Shown one piece after another: positions 38,102 to 48,282 of a stretch of 64,000 nucleotides of DNA. The notes beneath the pieces are model-generated. The model saw only the letters and a list, made by a program, of their open reading frames with translations. It had not been told where the DNA came from and searched no databases. The first letter of the stretch is position 1; each line of letters opens with the position of its first letter. This DNA comes from Cyclobacteriaceae bacterium. Lineage in GTDB: Bacteria; Bacteroidota; Bacteroidia; Cytophagales; Cyclobacteriaceae. Location of the stretch: NCBI GenBank assembly GCA_019638275.1, contig JAHBUC010000005.1, forward strand, positions 111,149 through 175,148. The letters run 5' to 3'. The position numbers and the translations under genes were made by a program.

Positions 38102-38764
38102 ATGAGTACGGAAGTAGCTGAAGTAAAGGAAGTAAAAAAGAGCGAACCGCTGTTCTCGAAAAAGAACCGCAAGCTTGTTTCCAACCCGTTGGACATTGAC
38201 AACCCGATTACCGTTCAGGTGTTGGGTATCTGTTCGGCCCTGGCGGTAACCACACAGATGAAGCCTGCTTTTACCATGGCGGTGAGTTTGGTTGTGGTAT
38301 TGATTGCATCAAGCATGGTAATTTCTGCGTTGCGCAACACGATACCTTCTCGTATCCGTATTGTGGTGCAGTTGGCGGTAATTGCAACGTTTGTGATTTT
38401 GGTTGACCAGGTGTTGAAAGCGTTTGTGTATGATATATCCAAGCAGCTTTCGGTGTTCGTGGGATTGATCATCACCAACTGTATTGTGATGGGTCGTTTG
38501 GAAGCATTTTCAATGGGTAATAAAATCGGGCCGTCCTTTATGGATGCCCTCGGTAACGGGTTGGGCTACGGTATCATCCTGATGATTGTAGCATTCTTCC
38601 GTGAGTTACTCGGTTCAGGTGCACTGTTCGGATTCAAAATATTTGATGCGGTAGGCTTAACGTATCCCGGAAACGGTTTGATGCTGCTGCCTGCCGGTGC
38701 TTGTATTGTGGTGGGGGTAATTATTTGGGTTCAACGTTCACTTAACGGTTATCGCGAAGGTTAA
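38102..38764 (+). CDS. nqrD: Na+-NQR subunit D
   Basis: 220-aa polytopic protein, NqrD/RnfE-like (LGICSALAVT). Confidence 0.9.
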   Translation: MSTEVAEVKEVKKSEPLFSKKNRKLVSNPLDIDNPITVQVLGICSALAVTTQMKPAFTMAVSLVVVLIASSMVISALRNTIPSRIRIVVQLAVIATFVILVDQVLKAFVYDISKQLSVFVGLIITNCIVMGRLEAFSMGNKIGPSFMDALGNGLGYGIILMIVAFFRELLGSGALFGFKIFDAVGLTYPGNGLMLLPAGACIVVGVIIWVQRSLNGYREG

Positions 38765-38776
38765 TCAAGAGGAATT

Positions 38777-39391
38777 ATGGAAAATCTTATCAGCATAGGC
38801 GTACGCTCCATTTTTATTGACAACATGATCTTTGCCTACTTCTTAGGCATGTGTTCATACCTGGCCGTATCGAAAAAGGTAAAAACTGCTTTTGGTTTGG
38901 GTGTGGCCGTAATTTTCGTGTTGGGCTTTACGGTTCCCATCAACTGGTTAATTCAAAACCATATTTTGAATCAGGGTTCACTGGCGTGGATAAGTCCTGA
39001 ACTGGCTACGATTGACCTGACCTTTTTGCAATTCATTGTATTCATTGCCGTAATTGCTTCGATGGTACAGTTAACCGAAATGGCGATTGAGAAATTTTCA
39101 CCGGCCTTGTACGGTTCACTCGGTATATTCCTTCCGTTGATTGCAGTAAACTGCGCTATCCTGGGTGGAGCACTGTTCATGATTGGTCGTTCCTATACCT
39201 TGCCAGAGGCAACCGTGTTTGGATTAGGTTCAGGTATTGGCTGGCTACTCGCGATTGTTGCGTTGGCAGGTATCCGAGAGAAAATGAAATACTCTAACGT
39301 TCCAGGGCCGCTTCGTGGGTTGGGCATCACCTTCATTTTGGTAGGATTGATGTCGTTGGGCTTCCTGAGTTTCCTGGGCTTTTCGTTGTAA
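38777..39391 (+). CDS. nqrE: Na+-NQR subunit E
   Basis: 204-aa polytopic protein, NqrE/RnfA-like ([12 protein letters not shown]...AVNCAILGG). Confidence 0.9.
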   Translation: MENLISIGVRSIFIDNMIFAYFLGMCSYLAVSKKVKTAFGLGVAVIFVLGFTVPINWLIQNHILNQGSLAWISPELATIDLTFLQFIVFIAVIASMVQLTEMAIEKFSPALYGSLGIFLPLIAVNCAILGGALFMIGRSYTLPEATVFGLGSGIGWLLAIVALAGIREKMKYSNVPGPLRGLGITFILVGLMSLGFLSFLGFSL

Positions 39392-39411
39392 AAAATATTC
39401 TTTTAGGTAAT

Positions 39412-39447
39412 AAAGGCTTCTGAGTAACCGGAAGCCTTTCGTTTTTT
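39412..39447 (+). terminator. Rho-independent terminator directly after nqrE
   Basis: aaaggcttc (39412-39420) pairs with gaagccttt (39431-39439), followed by cgtttttt. Confidence 0.75.
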
Positions 39448-39482
39448 CAGGGAGTTCAAAACTTACCCGTACCTTTACCGGT

Positions 39483-40529
39483 ATGCAAACGGTTGGTGCA
39501 GCGTTGCTTTCATTCGGTATGTCAGGGCGGGTATTTCACGCTCCGTTTATCGATGCGCATCCGGGATTCTCCCTGGTAGGCTCATGGGAGCGTTCAACCA
39601 AAACCATACAACAATCTTATCCGCAGGCAAAAAGTTATGCTTCGCTCGATTCACTGGTAAATGATGAAGATGTTGACCTCGTTATTATAAATACACCCAC
39701 ATACACGCATTATGAGCTGACAAAAAAGGTGTTAGAAGCTGGCAAGCATGCCGTTGTAGAAAAAGCATTCACCGCAACAGCAGCCGAAGCCATGGAACTG
39801 GAAGCGCTCGCGGAAAAAATGAATGGTAAGCTTTCTGTTTTTCAGAACCGCAGGTGGGATAGTGATTATAAAACCGTTAAGCACATCATTGACAAAGGTA
39901 TTCTGGGTGATCTGGTAGAAGTTTCGTTTTCGTACGATCGTTTTAATCCGAATCTTAGTCCGAAGTTGCACAAGGAAATACCTCGCCCCGGTGCAGGTGT
40001 GGTACACGACCTTGGCCCGCACCTGATTGACCAGGCTTTGTATTTATTCGGAATACCGGAAGCTGTATTTGCAGACATTTCGATTACGCGCCCCACCTCA
40101 CAAGTGTGTGATTATTTTGAAATGCTACTTTACTATCCATCGTGGAGGGTTCGGTTGAGAGCCGGATATTTTGTTCGCGAACCAGCGCCTTCCTACATCG
40201 TGCACGGCACGAAGGGATCGTTCTTGAAAACGCGAGCCGATGTGCAGGAGACAGATTTACAGGCTGGCAAAAAACCATCAGCTCCTGATTGGGGAATGGA
40301 GCCGCAACAGGAACAAGGACTGCTTCATACTGAAGTTGATGGAAAAATTATTCGCGAACGGATTGAAAGTTGGCCCGGTAATTACATGGAGTATTACGAA
40401 GGTATCTATCAGTCGCTGGTGCATGATAAGCGCTTGCCTGTAACTGCAAATGAAGGTGTACAGGTGATGCGCGTGATAGATGCTGCCTTTACAAGCAGTG
40501 AAGAAAAGCGAGTGGTTGAACTCATTTAA
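39483..40529 (+). CDS. Gfo/Idh/MocA-family oxidoreductase
   Basis: N-terminal Rossmann fold (GAALLSFGMSGRVFHAP), the EKAF motif, and a typical length of 348 aa. Confidence 0.85.
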   Translation: MQTVGAALLSFGMSGRVFHAPFIDAHPGFSLVGSWERSTKTIQQSYPQAKSYASLDSLVNDEDVDLVIINTPTYTHYELTKKVLEAGKHAVVEKAFTATAAEAMELEALAEKMNGKLSVFQNRRWDSDYKTVKHIIDKGILGDLVEVSFSYDRFNPNLSPKLHKEIPRPGAGVVHDLGPHLIDQALYLFGIPEAVFADISITRPTSQVCDYFEMLLYYPSWRVRLRAGYFVREPAPSYIVHGTKGSFLKTRADVQETDLQAGKKPSAPDWGMEPQQEQGLLHTEVDGKIIRERIESWPGNYMEYYEGIYQSLVHDKRLPVTANEGVQVMRVIDAAFTSSEEKRVVELI

Positions 40530-40540
40530 ATTTAGTTGAT

Positions 40541-40954
40541 ATGAAATATGTAACCTTGCTGGTGATGGTGTGCGCCTCATTCACATTGTGTGCCCAGCAG
40601 TACACCATCGAAAATTGTGTGAATGAATTTTCAAATGACCAAGCCGAAGAGACACGGGCAGGGTACCAATATTGGTTTGCTGATAAAAATTTTCTGGGAG
40701 ATGGCCGCACGTTGAAGCTGAGTGTGGTTGAACCTGGTAAAGCTACCCATGCTCCACACCGCCATCCGGAAGATGAATTTTTCTTTGTTCTCGAAGGTGA
40801 GGCTGAATTTTTCTTAGATGGAAAAACGAAAGTGGTTGGCCCGTATACAAGTTTATACTGCCCTTCCAACAGTGAGCACGGCATACGAAATGTGGGCACT
40901 ACACAGTTAAAGTACCTGGTTATTAAACGATATGAAAAAACAAACGAAAAGTGA
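40541..40954 (+). CDS. Secreted cupin-domain protein
   Basis: Signal peptide plus cupin motifs HRHPEDEFFFVLEGE and SEHGIRN. Confidence 0.8.
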   Translation: MKYVTLLVMVCASFTLCAQQYTIENCVNEFSNDQAEETRAGYQYWFADKNFLGDGRTLKLSVVEPGKATHAPHRHPEDEFFFVLEGEAEFFLDGKTKVVGPYTSLYCPSNSEHGIRNVGTTQLKYLVIKRYEKTNEK

Positions 40955-40973
40955 TGCGTTAACTTATATCATT

Positions 40974-41540
40974 ATGGAATCGAACTTTCGAAGAATACTC
41001 CGCTACTTCTTCAGTGGCATGCTGTTTATTGTACCCGTTGCAGTTACTGTGTATGTAATCTATTTTTCATTTTCCTGGTTGGATAACCTGCTCGGCCTTC
41101 CGTACCCCGGTGTGGGCTTTGCAATTATCATCGCGGCCATTACCGTGTTTGGATATCTGACATCCAACATTGTTTTTCAAACTTTTTCAAATTGGTTTGA
41201 CCATGTCATAAACCGGATACCCATGGTGAAATTGATTTATTCTTCTATTAAAGATTTGATTGGCGCCTTTGTGGGCGATAAAAAGAAATTCAGCAAACCG
41301 GTGCTGGTATTAATAAATAAAGAGAACAACCTGCACCAAATTGGTTTTGTTACACAAAACGATTTAAGTGAATTAGGTTTGAAGGATATGATTTCAGTTT
41401 ACCTGCCACATGCGTACAATTTCTCTGGCGATCATTTTGTGATTTCGAAAGATCGCGTTATGCCTTTGAATATTTCAGGACCAACAGCAATGAAGTATGT
41501 GGTGTCGGGTGGTGTTTCGGGGTTCGCGAAGGAGCAGTAG
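40974..41540 (+). CDS. DUF502-like membrane protein
   Basis: Two N-terminal TM helices and a cytoplasmic domain. The start is placed at MESNFRR; the track start at 40932 overlaps the cupin gene. Confidence 0.55.
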   Translation: MESNFRRILRYFFSGMLFIVPVAVTVYVIYFSFSWLDNLLGLPYPGVGFAIIIAAITVFGYLTSNIVFQTFSNWFDHVINRIPMVKLIYSSIKDLIGAFVGDKKKFSKPVLVLINKENNLHQIGFVTQNDLSELGLKDMISVYLPHAYNFSGDHFVISKDRVMPLNISGPTAMKYVVSGGVSGFAKEQ

Positions 41541-41692
41541 ACTTCATCTTGAGCCAAGCATAAAATTTTGGTAGTGAAGATGCCGCCCCCTACGGGGCTC
41601 GGTATTTCATAATCTTAGTAAAAAATACAAGCGAAAAATAAAGAGCCACCCTCGGCCCCTCCTTGTCAGATGGGGAGTTATTATTTCAAATG

Positions 41693-42769
41693 TCACTCCG
41701 TCACAGTCACCGCAATTTTAGAATCGGCTGTGCCGTAATACAGGAACCAACGGTTCTTGAAATGAACCAATCCCTCCACAAAACAAACGTTGTTCACCTG
41801 CCCGGTGATTTCATAGTCTTTATCGGGTGTGATGAAATACGTTGATGATCGCTTCAATACTTCTGCTGGATTTTCTTTGTTAAATAGAATTTGTCCTGCT
41901 GCATAATTGCCATCAGGTAAAAGCTGATCGCCTTTGTCTCGCTTATTCCGGCTGTTGTAGATCAATAAAATTCCATCCTCCTGTATCATGGCATGCGGGC
42001 CAGGTTCTACCAGGTCGCTGTCGAATTTACCGAGTCGTGGACTAAATACTTTAAACAACTCATCTCCATCATATTCCGGACTCCAATCCACCAGGTTATC
42101 GGATGTGGCCAGGAAAATATCCGTATCACCCCAATACATGTAATAGCGGTTATTGATTTTTGTAGCTACAAATTGATCTTGCTGTTGTGTGGTAATAATC
42201 GCTCCCGACTTCGACCACAGTTCCGGATGATCTTTAAACGCAAGCCCGTGTTTTGTCCAATGAATTAAATCTGGTGAGCTGGCCACACAAAGGCGCGCCA
42301 GGTTTCCATCATACGAGGTATAGGTTAGAATATACCTTCCATTTTCATCTTCTATCAATCGCGGGTCTTCCACGCCACCTTCCCATTCATAAATTTTCAT
42401 ACTATCCTCGTCCGGATAAAATACCGGTTCTGCCATGCGTTCGAAATGCAAACCATCTTCACTAACGGCAAGCCCGAGGCGGGAGGTGCCGGCATGTTTT
42501 CCAACCGTATCTTCGGCACGGTAGAGGAGGTATACTTTCCCATCGCGCACTACCGCACTGGGGTTAAACACATCTTTCTCCTCCCAACGCACGGTGTCTT
42601 TTCTTACCGGACAATAAAAAGTTGTCCGTGCCAAAGGCTCCAGTACCGGATTGAGCGAATCGGTTTTTACAAATGGACCGAGTTGCCAGGATGTGTTTTC
42701 TTCGTGATCAGCTTTTGGTGTACAGGTTGCGAATAGGAGCAATGCAAAGAATGGTACCAGATGTTTCAT
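41693..42769 (-). CDS. GH130-family glycosidase/phosphorylase-like lipoprotein
   Basis: Lipobox at MKHLVPFFALLLFATC (start ATG 42769-42767). Five-bladed-propeller-type sequence resembling GH130 (FNPSAVV, EDPRL, YYGTADS). Confidence 0.7.
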   Translation of the reverse strand: MKHLVPFFALLLFATCTPKADHEENTSWQLGPFVKTDSLNPVLEPLARTTFYCPVRKDTVRWEEKDVFNPSAVVRDGKVYLLYRAEDTVGKHAGTSRLGLAVSEDGLHFERMAEPVFYPDEDSMKIYEWEGGVEDPRLIEDENGRYILTYTSYDGNLARLCVASSPDLIHWTKHGLAFKDHPELWSKSGAIITTQQQDQFVATKINNRYYMYWGDTDIFLATSDNLVDWSPEYDGDELFKVFSPRLGKFDSDLVEPGPHAMIQEDGILLIYNSRNKRDKGDQLLPDGNYAAGQILFNKENPAEVLKRSSTYFITPDKDYEITGQVNNVCFVEGLVHFKNRWFLYYGTADSKIAVTVTE

Positions 42770-42844
42770 GAAATCTAAGATAAGACAAAATGAGTACTCT
42801 TTGTGTCTCAATAATTTTCTATAATAAAATTTCGGTTATACAAA

Positions 42845-42952
42845 TTTACCGCAGAGGCCTGCCTGTGCGAAGCCGCTTCGGCAAGACAGGCGCTAAGACG
42901 TTAAGTCTTGAACATTAATTCCTCTTTGCGTCTCCGCGTCTTTGCGGTAAAG
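42845..42952. repeat. REP-like hairpin elements
   Basis: gcctgcctgtgcgaagccgcttcggcaagacaggcg hairpin and cctctttgcgtctccgcgtctttgcggta, which is the inverse of the 29473 element. Confidence 0.55.
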
Positions 42953-42984
42953 ATTGGCAACTATAAAATATAGCAGTATGCTAA

Positions 42985-44160
42985 TCAGCTGATCACCCCT
43001 GAGCCAATCAACTCATCACCCTCATACCACGCAGCAAACTGGCCGGGGGTAATGGCTTTTTGTGGTCGATCAAAAATAATGTACAACCCTTCTTCTTTTT
43101 TATAGAGGGTGCACGACTCAAGCGGCTGGCGGTAACGAATGCGTGCAAGGTATTTCTTCGATTCACCAACCATGAGTTTAAAATCTTCACGAATCCAATG
43201 TTCATCTTCATTGGGTACAAACAACCCTTTGCGATACAACCCGGGATGGTCTTCACCCATGCCCATGTACAATATGTTGTGCTCGGTATCGGTACCGATT
43301 ACAAATAATGGTTTGGGCTGGCCGCCAATATTCAGTCCCTTACGTTGCCCGATCGTATAGAAATGCGCTCCGTTGTGTTCACCCACCACTTCACCTTCGC
43401 TTTGTTGATAGATAAATGGTTTTGTCAACGAAATCAAATCGTCCATCGACTGGCCGTTGCTGTACATGGTAGCGGTTTCCGGAATAACAATCGCTTTACC
43501 TTTTTTAGGTTGTAAGCGTTGCTGCAGAAAATCGGGGAGGTGCACTTTACCTACAAAGCACAATCCTTGTGAATCTTTTTTATTCGCAGTAGCCAGTCCG
43601 GCTTTCGTGGCGATTTCGCGGACTTCCGGTTTTAGTAATTCGCCTACCGGAAATAACGCTTTCGATAATTGCTCCTGCGTAAGCTGACACAAAAAATAAC
43701 TTTGGTCTTTGTTCGGATCTTTTCCCGCCAGCAGCTGGTAAACTTTTTTGCCGTTTACCTCAATTTCATTTCTGCGGGCATAATGTCCGGTGGCGACATA
43801 ATCAGCGCCAAGCTTAAGGGCAGCTTTTAAAAAAATATCGAATTTGATTTCGCGATTGCAGAGTACATCCGGATTCGGTGTTCGTCCGGCCTGGTATTCG
43901 GCAAACATGTAATCGACAATGCGCTCTTTATATTCTTTGCTGAGATCAATGGCTTGAAAGGGAATACCGAGATGCTGAGCCACAATCATGGCATCGTTGC
44001 TGTCGTCTAGCCAGGGACATTCGTTGGAAATGGTTACGGAGTCGTCATGCCAGTTTTTCATGAACATGCCGATAACCTCATAGCCCTGCTCTTTTAATAA
44101 GTAAGCCGCTACGCTGGAATCAACGCCCCCTGATAAACCGACTACAACTCTTTTTTTCAT
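42985..44160 (-). CDS. mnmA: tRNA 2-thiouridine(34) synthase
   Basis: PP-loop [30 protein letters not shown]. Confidence 0.95.
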   Translation of the reverse strand: MKKRVVVGLSGGVDSSVAAYLLKEQGYEVIGMFMKNWHDDSVTISNECPWLDDSNDAMIVAQHLGIPFQAIDLSKEYKERIVDYMFAEYQAGRTPNPDVLCNREIKFDIFLKAALKLGADYVATGHYARRNEIEVNGKKVYQLLAGKDPNKDQSYFLCQLTQEQLSKALFPVGELLKPEVREIATKAGLATANKKDSQGLCFVGKVHLPDFLQQRLQPKKGKAIVIPETATMYSNGQSMDDLISLTKPFIYQQSEGEVVGEHNGAHFYTIGQRKGLNIGGQPKPLFVIGTDTEHNILYMGMGEDHPGLYRKGLFVPNEDEHWIREDFKLMVGESKKYLARIRYRQPLESCTLYKKEEGLYIIFDRPQKAITPGQFAAWYEGDELIGSGVIS

Positions 44161-44243
44161 ACTAGGCTTTAGGCTGCAAGCTACTAGCCTCTAGCTGCTA
44201 GCCTATACGTTGTTGGCTTAGGCTTTCAGCTAGAAGCTAGCGA
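44161..44243. repeat. Low-complexity agct/aggc repeat tract
   Basis: aggctttaggctgcaagctactagcctctagctgctagcct...aggctttcagctagaagctagc. Confidence 0.5.
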
Positions 44244-45449
44244 CTAATAGCTATTTAATAACTGATTCACGATTTCATTAAACCGTTCCTGTTGTTGTTC
44301 GTAGTAAACACCCGTTCCTGGCCCTGAAAAACCGGTGTGGATGTGTTTCACTTGTCCATCTTTCCCCACAAAGATAGTGGTTGGAAAAGCAATTACCCGA
44401 TTAAGAGAAGGAAGCGTTTCGCTGGCATTGGCGTTGGTTCCTGCGATCAGAATGTCATATGGAACGTTTAGTTTCTCTTTCATTTTCTTAACCCTTCCGC
44501 TGGCGTAATCAAATTCAGCTTTTTGTTCGTAGGCCAAGCCGATGATTTCAATACCACGATCCTTGTTTTTCGGATACCATTCAGTTAGAAACCGGGTTTC
44601 GTCCATACAGTTCGGGCACCATGATCCCAGTATCTGTACAACCACAACCTTGTTTTTGAAGCGCTCATCCTGAAGGGAAACGGGTTTTCCATTCACATCC
44701 GGAAAGGTGAATTCCAGGGTTGTGTGCCCATCTTTTAAATACGTAAGCGATTCGGAAACAGGTGGTTTGGCCTGATCATCTTTAATTCCTGACCATTTAC
44801 GGTTGCGTGATTTCCCCAGCCAGTGTATCCCCGAAAGGGTATCACCCGATTTGATTGCGTTGAAAATATAGAGGTGGTTACCGTCAAACCCGCTGAGCCA
44901 AAGCGTATCGTTCACCACATTGCCTTCCAGGTAGCGGTAATCTCCGGTAGGGGTCAAAAATGTGCCTTCCGCGTAATTGCCTTTTTGGGTGATAATGCCC
45001 AGTGCATCAACGGTATTGCTTTCATTGAAAAACTGAACGGCATATTTTCCTGAGAAATCTGCTACTGAAGCCGTGGTGTCGGTTGGTGCAAACCGGTAGT
45101 CCTTTCCGTGCGTGGCCCTGAACGGAACGCGGTAATTATCAGCGTATTGGATGATAAAAAGCCCTTCCATTTCCCCACCCTTGATAGCGGCTTTGAATAC
45201 GGCATCAAAAATATGGACGTTCATGGTAATGGAATCGGCAGTTACTTCAACCTCATCTAAATGGAGTCGTTCCTGCCCGTTTCTGATCCAGGCCACATAT
45301 TGATCCTCTTTTTTCTCAAGGTCGAATGTAAAAGGCAACTCCTGGCCCTGTAATTCAAGTACCGCCCGCCAGGTGCCGGTAGGAATCCATGTTTTTTCTG
45401 AGCCAGAACAAGCCATAAGCAGCAATAAAATAGCCGGTAAAAACCGCAT
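44244..45449 (-). CDS. TlpA-like thiol-disulfide oxidoreductase lipoprotein (thioredoxin fold)
   Basis: Lipobox LLLMACS and a C-terminal thioredoxin domain with WCPNC. Confidence 0.85.
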   Translation of the reverse strand: MRFLPAILLLLMACSGSEKTWIPTGTWRAVLELQGQELPFTFDLEKKEDQYVAWIRNGQERLHLDEVEVTADSITMNVHIFDAVFKAAIKGGEMEGLFIIQYADNYRVPFRATHGKDYRFAPTDTTASVADFSGKYAVQFFNESNTVDALGIITQKGNYAEGTFLTPTGDYRYLEGNVVNDTLWLSGFDGNHLYIFNAIKSGDTLSGIHWLGKSRNRKWSGIKDDQAKPPVSESLTYLKDGHTTLEFTFPDVNGKPVSLQDERFKNKVVVVQILGSWCPNCMDETRFLTEWYPKNKDRGIEIIGLAYEQKAEFDYASGRVKKMKEKLNVPYDILIAGTNANASETLPSLNRVIAFPTTIFVGKDGQVKHIHTGFSGPGTGVYYEQQQERFNEIVNQLLNSY

Positions 45450-45753
45450 AGAACGTAAGGTTAAAGGTTGAAAACAGGCTTTAGCCTGAAAATGTTCGCG
45501 TGCAAAGAACCCAAAATCCTTTGGATTTTGTCATTTCTCTTTCCATTTAGGACTAATTAGGTGATTTGGCCGCCTTTTTTTCTAGTTTTTGCGACTTTTA
45601 CCTAAGTATCTGCGACTGAGTCTTAAAAATTCACAACTAAATAAGACTGCGCAAAACATTCGATTTTAGCTATTTACTCATGATTTTTTTCGAATTACTC
45701 GAAACTTGGCATCACTATATATCTTTGGTAATCAACTTAAAAATGGATATCGA

Positions 45754-46161
45754 ATGAAGTCATTACTTTATGAGCACCTAGTAAAGGCAGCTTATAATAC
45801 GGAAAGGTATGGAGCGCGTGGGAAAGCGGATGCCAATGTGTATAGAGATATGGAGCATGCTTTACGTGAAGTTGAGCTCCAAAAGGAAGCAATCAAAAAA
45901 GGTCAGATGCCTATATCGACAAAGTCGATTGAAGACCTTGAGTACGAAGCCAGAGTTTATATTGCTAAGGTTCGGGGTAATGTATCTGCGGCAATAAGTG
46001 AAGCTTTACGAAATACAAATCTCAAATATTCATCCGAGGAGATAAAGCAGAATTTAAAAGGTCTTCAATCCAAACTTAACATCAATGAATATAACAAGGA
46101 TGTGATAGATAATGTAATTTCTGAAGTTTGGGACATATTTAGGGAGAACAAATTGGCTTAG
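45754..46161 (+). CDS. Hypothetical helical protein
   Basis: 135-aa ORF from the ATG at 45754 (the track gives a TTG start at 45706). No motif recognised. Confidence 0.45.
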   Translation: MKSLLYEHLVKAAYNTERYGARGKADANVYRDMEHALREVELQKEAIKKGQMPISTKSIEDLEYEARVYIAKVRGNVSAAISEALRNTNLKYSSEEIKQNLKGLQSKLNINEYNKDVIDNVISEVWDIFRENKLA

Positions 46162-46258
46162 GTCGAGTTGCATTAAGCCTTCTCACTTTATCCTGATAGC
46201 GAAACAATTTTTCTTGAAGGAATTTGCACCATATAAATTCTTATTAATAGAATTGAGC

Positions 46259-47068
46259 TCAATCCTCCCAAACCACACTCAAACCAAAGTCATAATCACG
46301 GATGTAGTTGCAGTATTCAAGCATTACAGGATTGTCCTGCGGGTGGGTTAAGAACCAGGTAGATTTGTCAATCTCCTGAAGAGTTTCTAATGACTTATTT
46401 GATTTGAAAAATTGACCCATCACCGAATCTGGTGGTGGTGGTAAGTTAGAAGTTATCCGGAGTTTATACTTTGTCCATCCGGGAATAAACTCGTGGTCAG
46501 CAGACTCCATACTCTGCGATAATTTCCACCATTTTATTTTGTTTTTTTTCGTTGCGATAACACACACAGGATGGACATTAGCCTTCAGTATTTTTAGGAT
46601 AATGGCTGTATGTGTAACCTGAAAGGTTTCCGCTAATTGCTTGATAAGCTGTGGCCCAAACTTTTTCCCCTTGCACTCCTGAATGAATAAATGTGTTGGC
46701 ATCAACAGCTCGGAAGCAAAGTCGTTAGCTTCCTTTTCGTGGCTACCGGATTGATACCAATTGCAAAGCTCATATTGGGTATCCGCAGGTGGTTGGATGT
46801 TTTTATGTAATTCAAAATGCCCAAGTTCATGGGCTGCAGTGAACCGCTTTTTTCCCGTCCCGACAATATTCTTATTAATGGAGATGACTGATTTCCCATT
46901 GAAGGTAACAATTCTCCCATCCATGCTGTCGAGCTCTACCTCTTCATAATAAGCTCCCCTTGCCTGAATAATAGTTTGCAATTCTGTAGACGTAATAATC
47001 CCGATTTCGTTGAGCCCAAACTCGGAAAGTATTTTTTTTGCTGTGGCTTCAGCTTTCGAGAGAAGCAT
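46259..47068 (-). CDS. ImmA/IrrE-family zinc metallopeptidase with a C-terminal domain of about 150 aa and unknown function
   Basis: FTAAHELGHFELH (HExxH) followed by EKEANDFASELLMP, the usual ImmA/IrrE (DUF955) signature. Confidence 0.8.
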   Translation of the reverse strand: MLLSKAEATAKKILSEFGLNEIGIITSTELQTIIQARGAYYEEVELDSMDGRIVTFNGKSVISINKNIVGTGKKRFTAAHELGHFELHKNIQPPADTQYELCNWYQSGSHEKEANDFASELLMPTHLFIQECKGKKFGPQLIKQLAETFQVTHTAIILKILKANVHPVCVIATKKNKIKWWKLSQSMESADHEFIPGWTKYKLRITSNLPPPPDSVMGQFFKSNKSLETLQEIDKSTWFLTHPQDNPVMLEYCNYIRDYDFGLSVVWED

Positions 47069-47076
47069 AACGTGTA

Positions 47077-47472
47077 TTACCCTTCATTTTGTTCATTTTG
47101 ATATTTAAGAAGAAAATAACGCTCCAGAAATTCCCGTATTTCAGTTTCATTCATTGTTTCAAAATTTCGGTAGGCAAGGTTGATGTTATTGGTTTTAAGA
47201 AATTGGCCAAAGTCAAACTCGCTGCTCAATAGTTTGTCAACTTCTGATTTCGCACGTTGAAGGAGATTTTTTCGAAGTTCAAGGAAATTCTTCTGGGTTG
47301 ACTCAGCCTCAAGCTTCATCCTGATTCTTTTAATCTGCAGTAAGGTTTCATTAACCACTTGATCCGGGTCAAGTCCGGCCTCACGAAGTGTATTTTCGGA
47401 TTCCTGATCTGATGAATGATACAGGCAGTATTCATCAATTAATTTAATCAGTTTTTCATCAGCGCTTTTCAT
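47077..47472 (-). CDS. Hypothetical helical protein (middle gene of the ImmA operon)
   Basis: 131-aa ORF with 8-nt and 15-nt gaps to its neighbours on the same strand. Confidence 0.5.
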   Translation of the reverse strand: MKSADEKLIKLIDEYCLYHSSDQESENTLREAGLDPDQVVNETLLQIKRIRMKLEAESTQKNFLELRKNLLQRAKSEVDKLLSSEFDFGQFLKTNNINLAYRNFETMNETEIREFLERYFLLKYQNEQNEG

Positions 47473-47487
47473 ATCTTTTCTTGATTA

Positions 47488-48099
47488 CTATTTATTAAGT
47501 ATTTTCTTGACTATTCTCATGAACCTACGACTGCCATTGTTAAAATCATCAATACTGATGCCGAATTCCTTGCAGATACCCATTCGATTTGAAAGACTGA
47601 AATCATGAATGCAGACAGCGGTATAAATCTTTTTTACTACCTCGTCATCCTTTAGCGCATTTTCAATACTCTTAAGCATGATATCTCTATCGATTTTGGA
47701 AGAATCATTGACCGGAAAATTTCGTAATACTTCTTCCGGATGCTGGTGTGGAGTACTAATTAGGTGATTCTCTTCTAAAGACTCAAGGAAGGTTTTCCTT
47801 TCCTTTCTTTGGTATGGAAGTAAGTCATTATAGATTGATCTTCTAACCAGGCTCCTTAGAAACATCTCGTGTTCTAATGTAGTAATATAAAGCTGATCTT
47901 TTACACGGAGATATCGCTCAATAGCATCGTATACATAGTCCTTATAGCTTTTTCCCCGTTCATTTATTTCCCGCTTGTACAGAATTTTATATTGACTGTA
48001 TGCAAAGGCATATAAATTTCGAAGTATTCTGGCTCCATCTGTAGTGTCAAATTGAATTCGATCCATCTTACAATAGTATAATGCTAACGAACAGGTCAA
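47488..48099 (-). CDS. Hypothetical protein with a C-terminal HTH-like segment (possible sigma-like/regulatory)
   Basis: The C-terminus GICKEFGISIDDFNNGSRRFMRIVKKIL looks like a helix-turn-helix. The likely true start is MDRIQF (ATG 48066-48064). The sigma-like call is inference only. Confidence 0.45.
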   Translation of the reverse strand: MTCSLALYYCKMDRIQFDTTDGARILRNLYAFAYSQYKILYKREINERGKSYKDYVYDAIERYLRVKDQLYITTLEHEMFLRSLVRRSIYNDLLPYQRKERKTFLESLEENHLISTPHQHPEEVLRNFPVNDSSKIDRDIMLKSIENALKDDEVVKKIYTAVCIHDFSLSNRMGICKEFGISIDDFNNGSRRFMRIVKKILNK

Positions 48100-48282
48100 A
48101 TATTACCATCTGGATTGAAAAATATTTGAAAATTTCCTTATTCAAACCATAAAGCTCAGATTTTTTAAATTTTTTAGGGCAGTATGGTAACATTCATGGG
48201 TCTTGTTAGCAATAAGCATGTGTAGGCATAAAATCAAACATGCCTAATTACCTAGTTCCTATTGTTTAACAAAATCTATTCT

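Noticed and set aside
39483-40529. Could this gene after nqrE be nqrF?
   Set aside because: The sequence is a Gfo/Idh/MocA Rossmann oxidoreductase. It has no 2Fe-2S Cys cluster or FNR-like domain, and a terminator separates it from nqrE.
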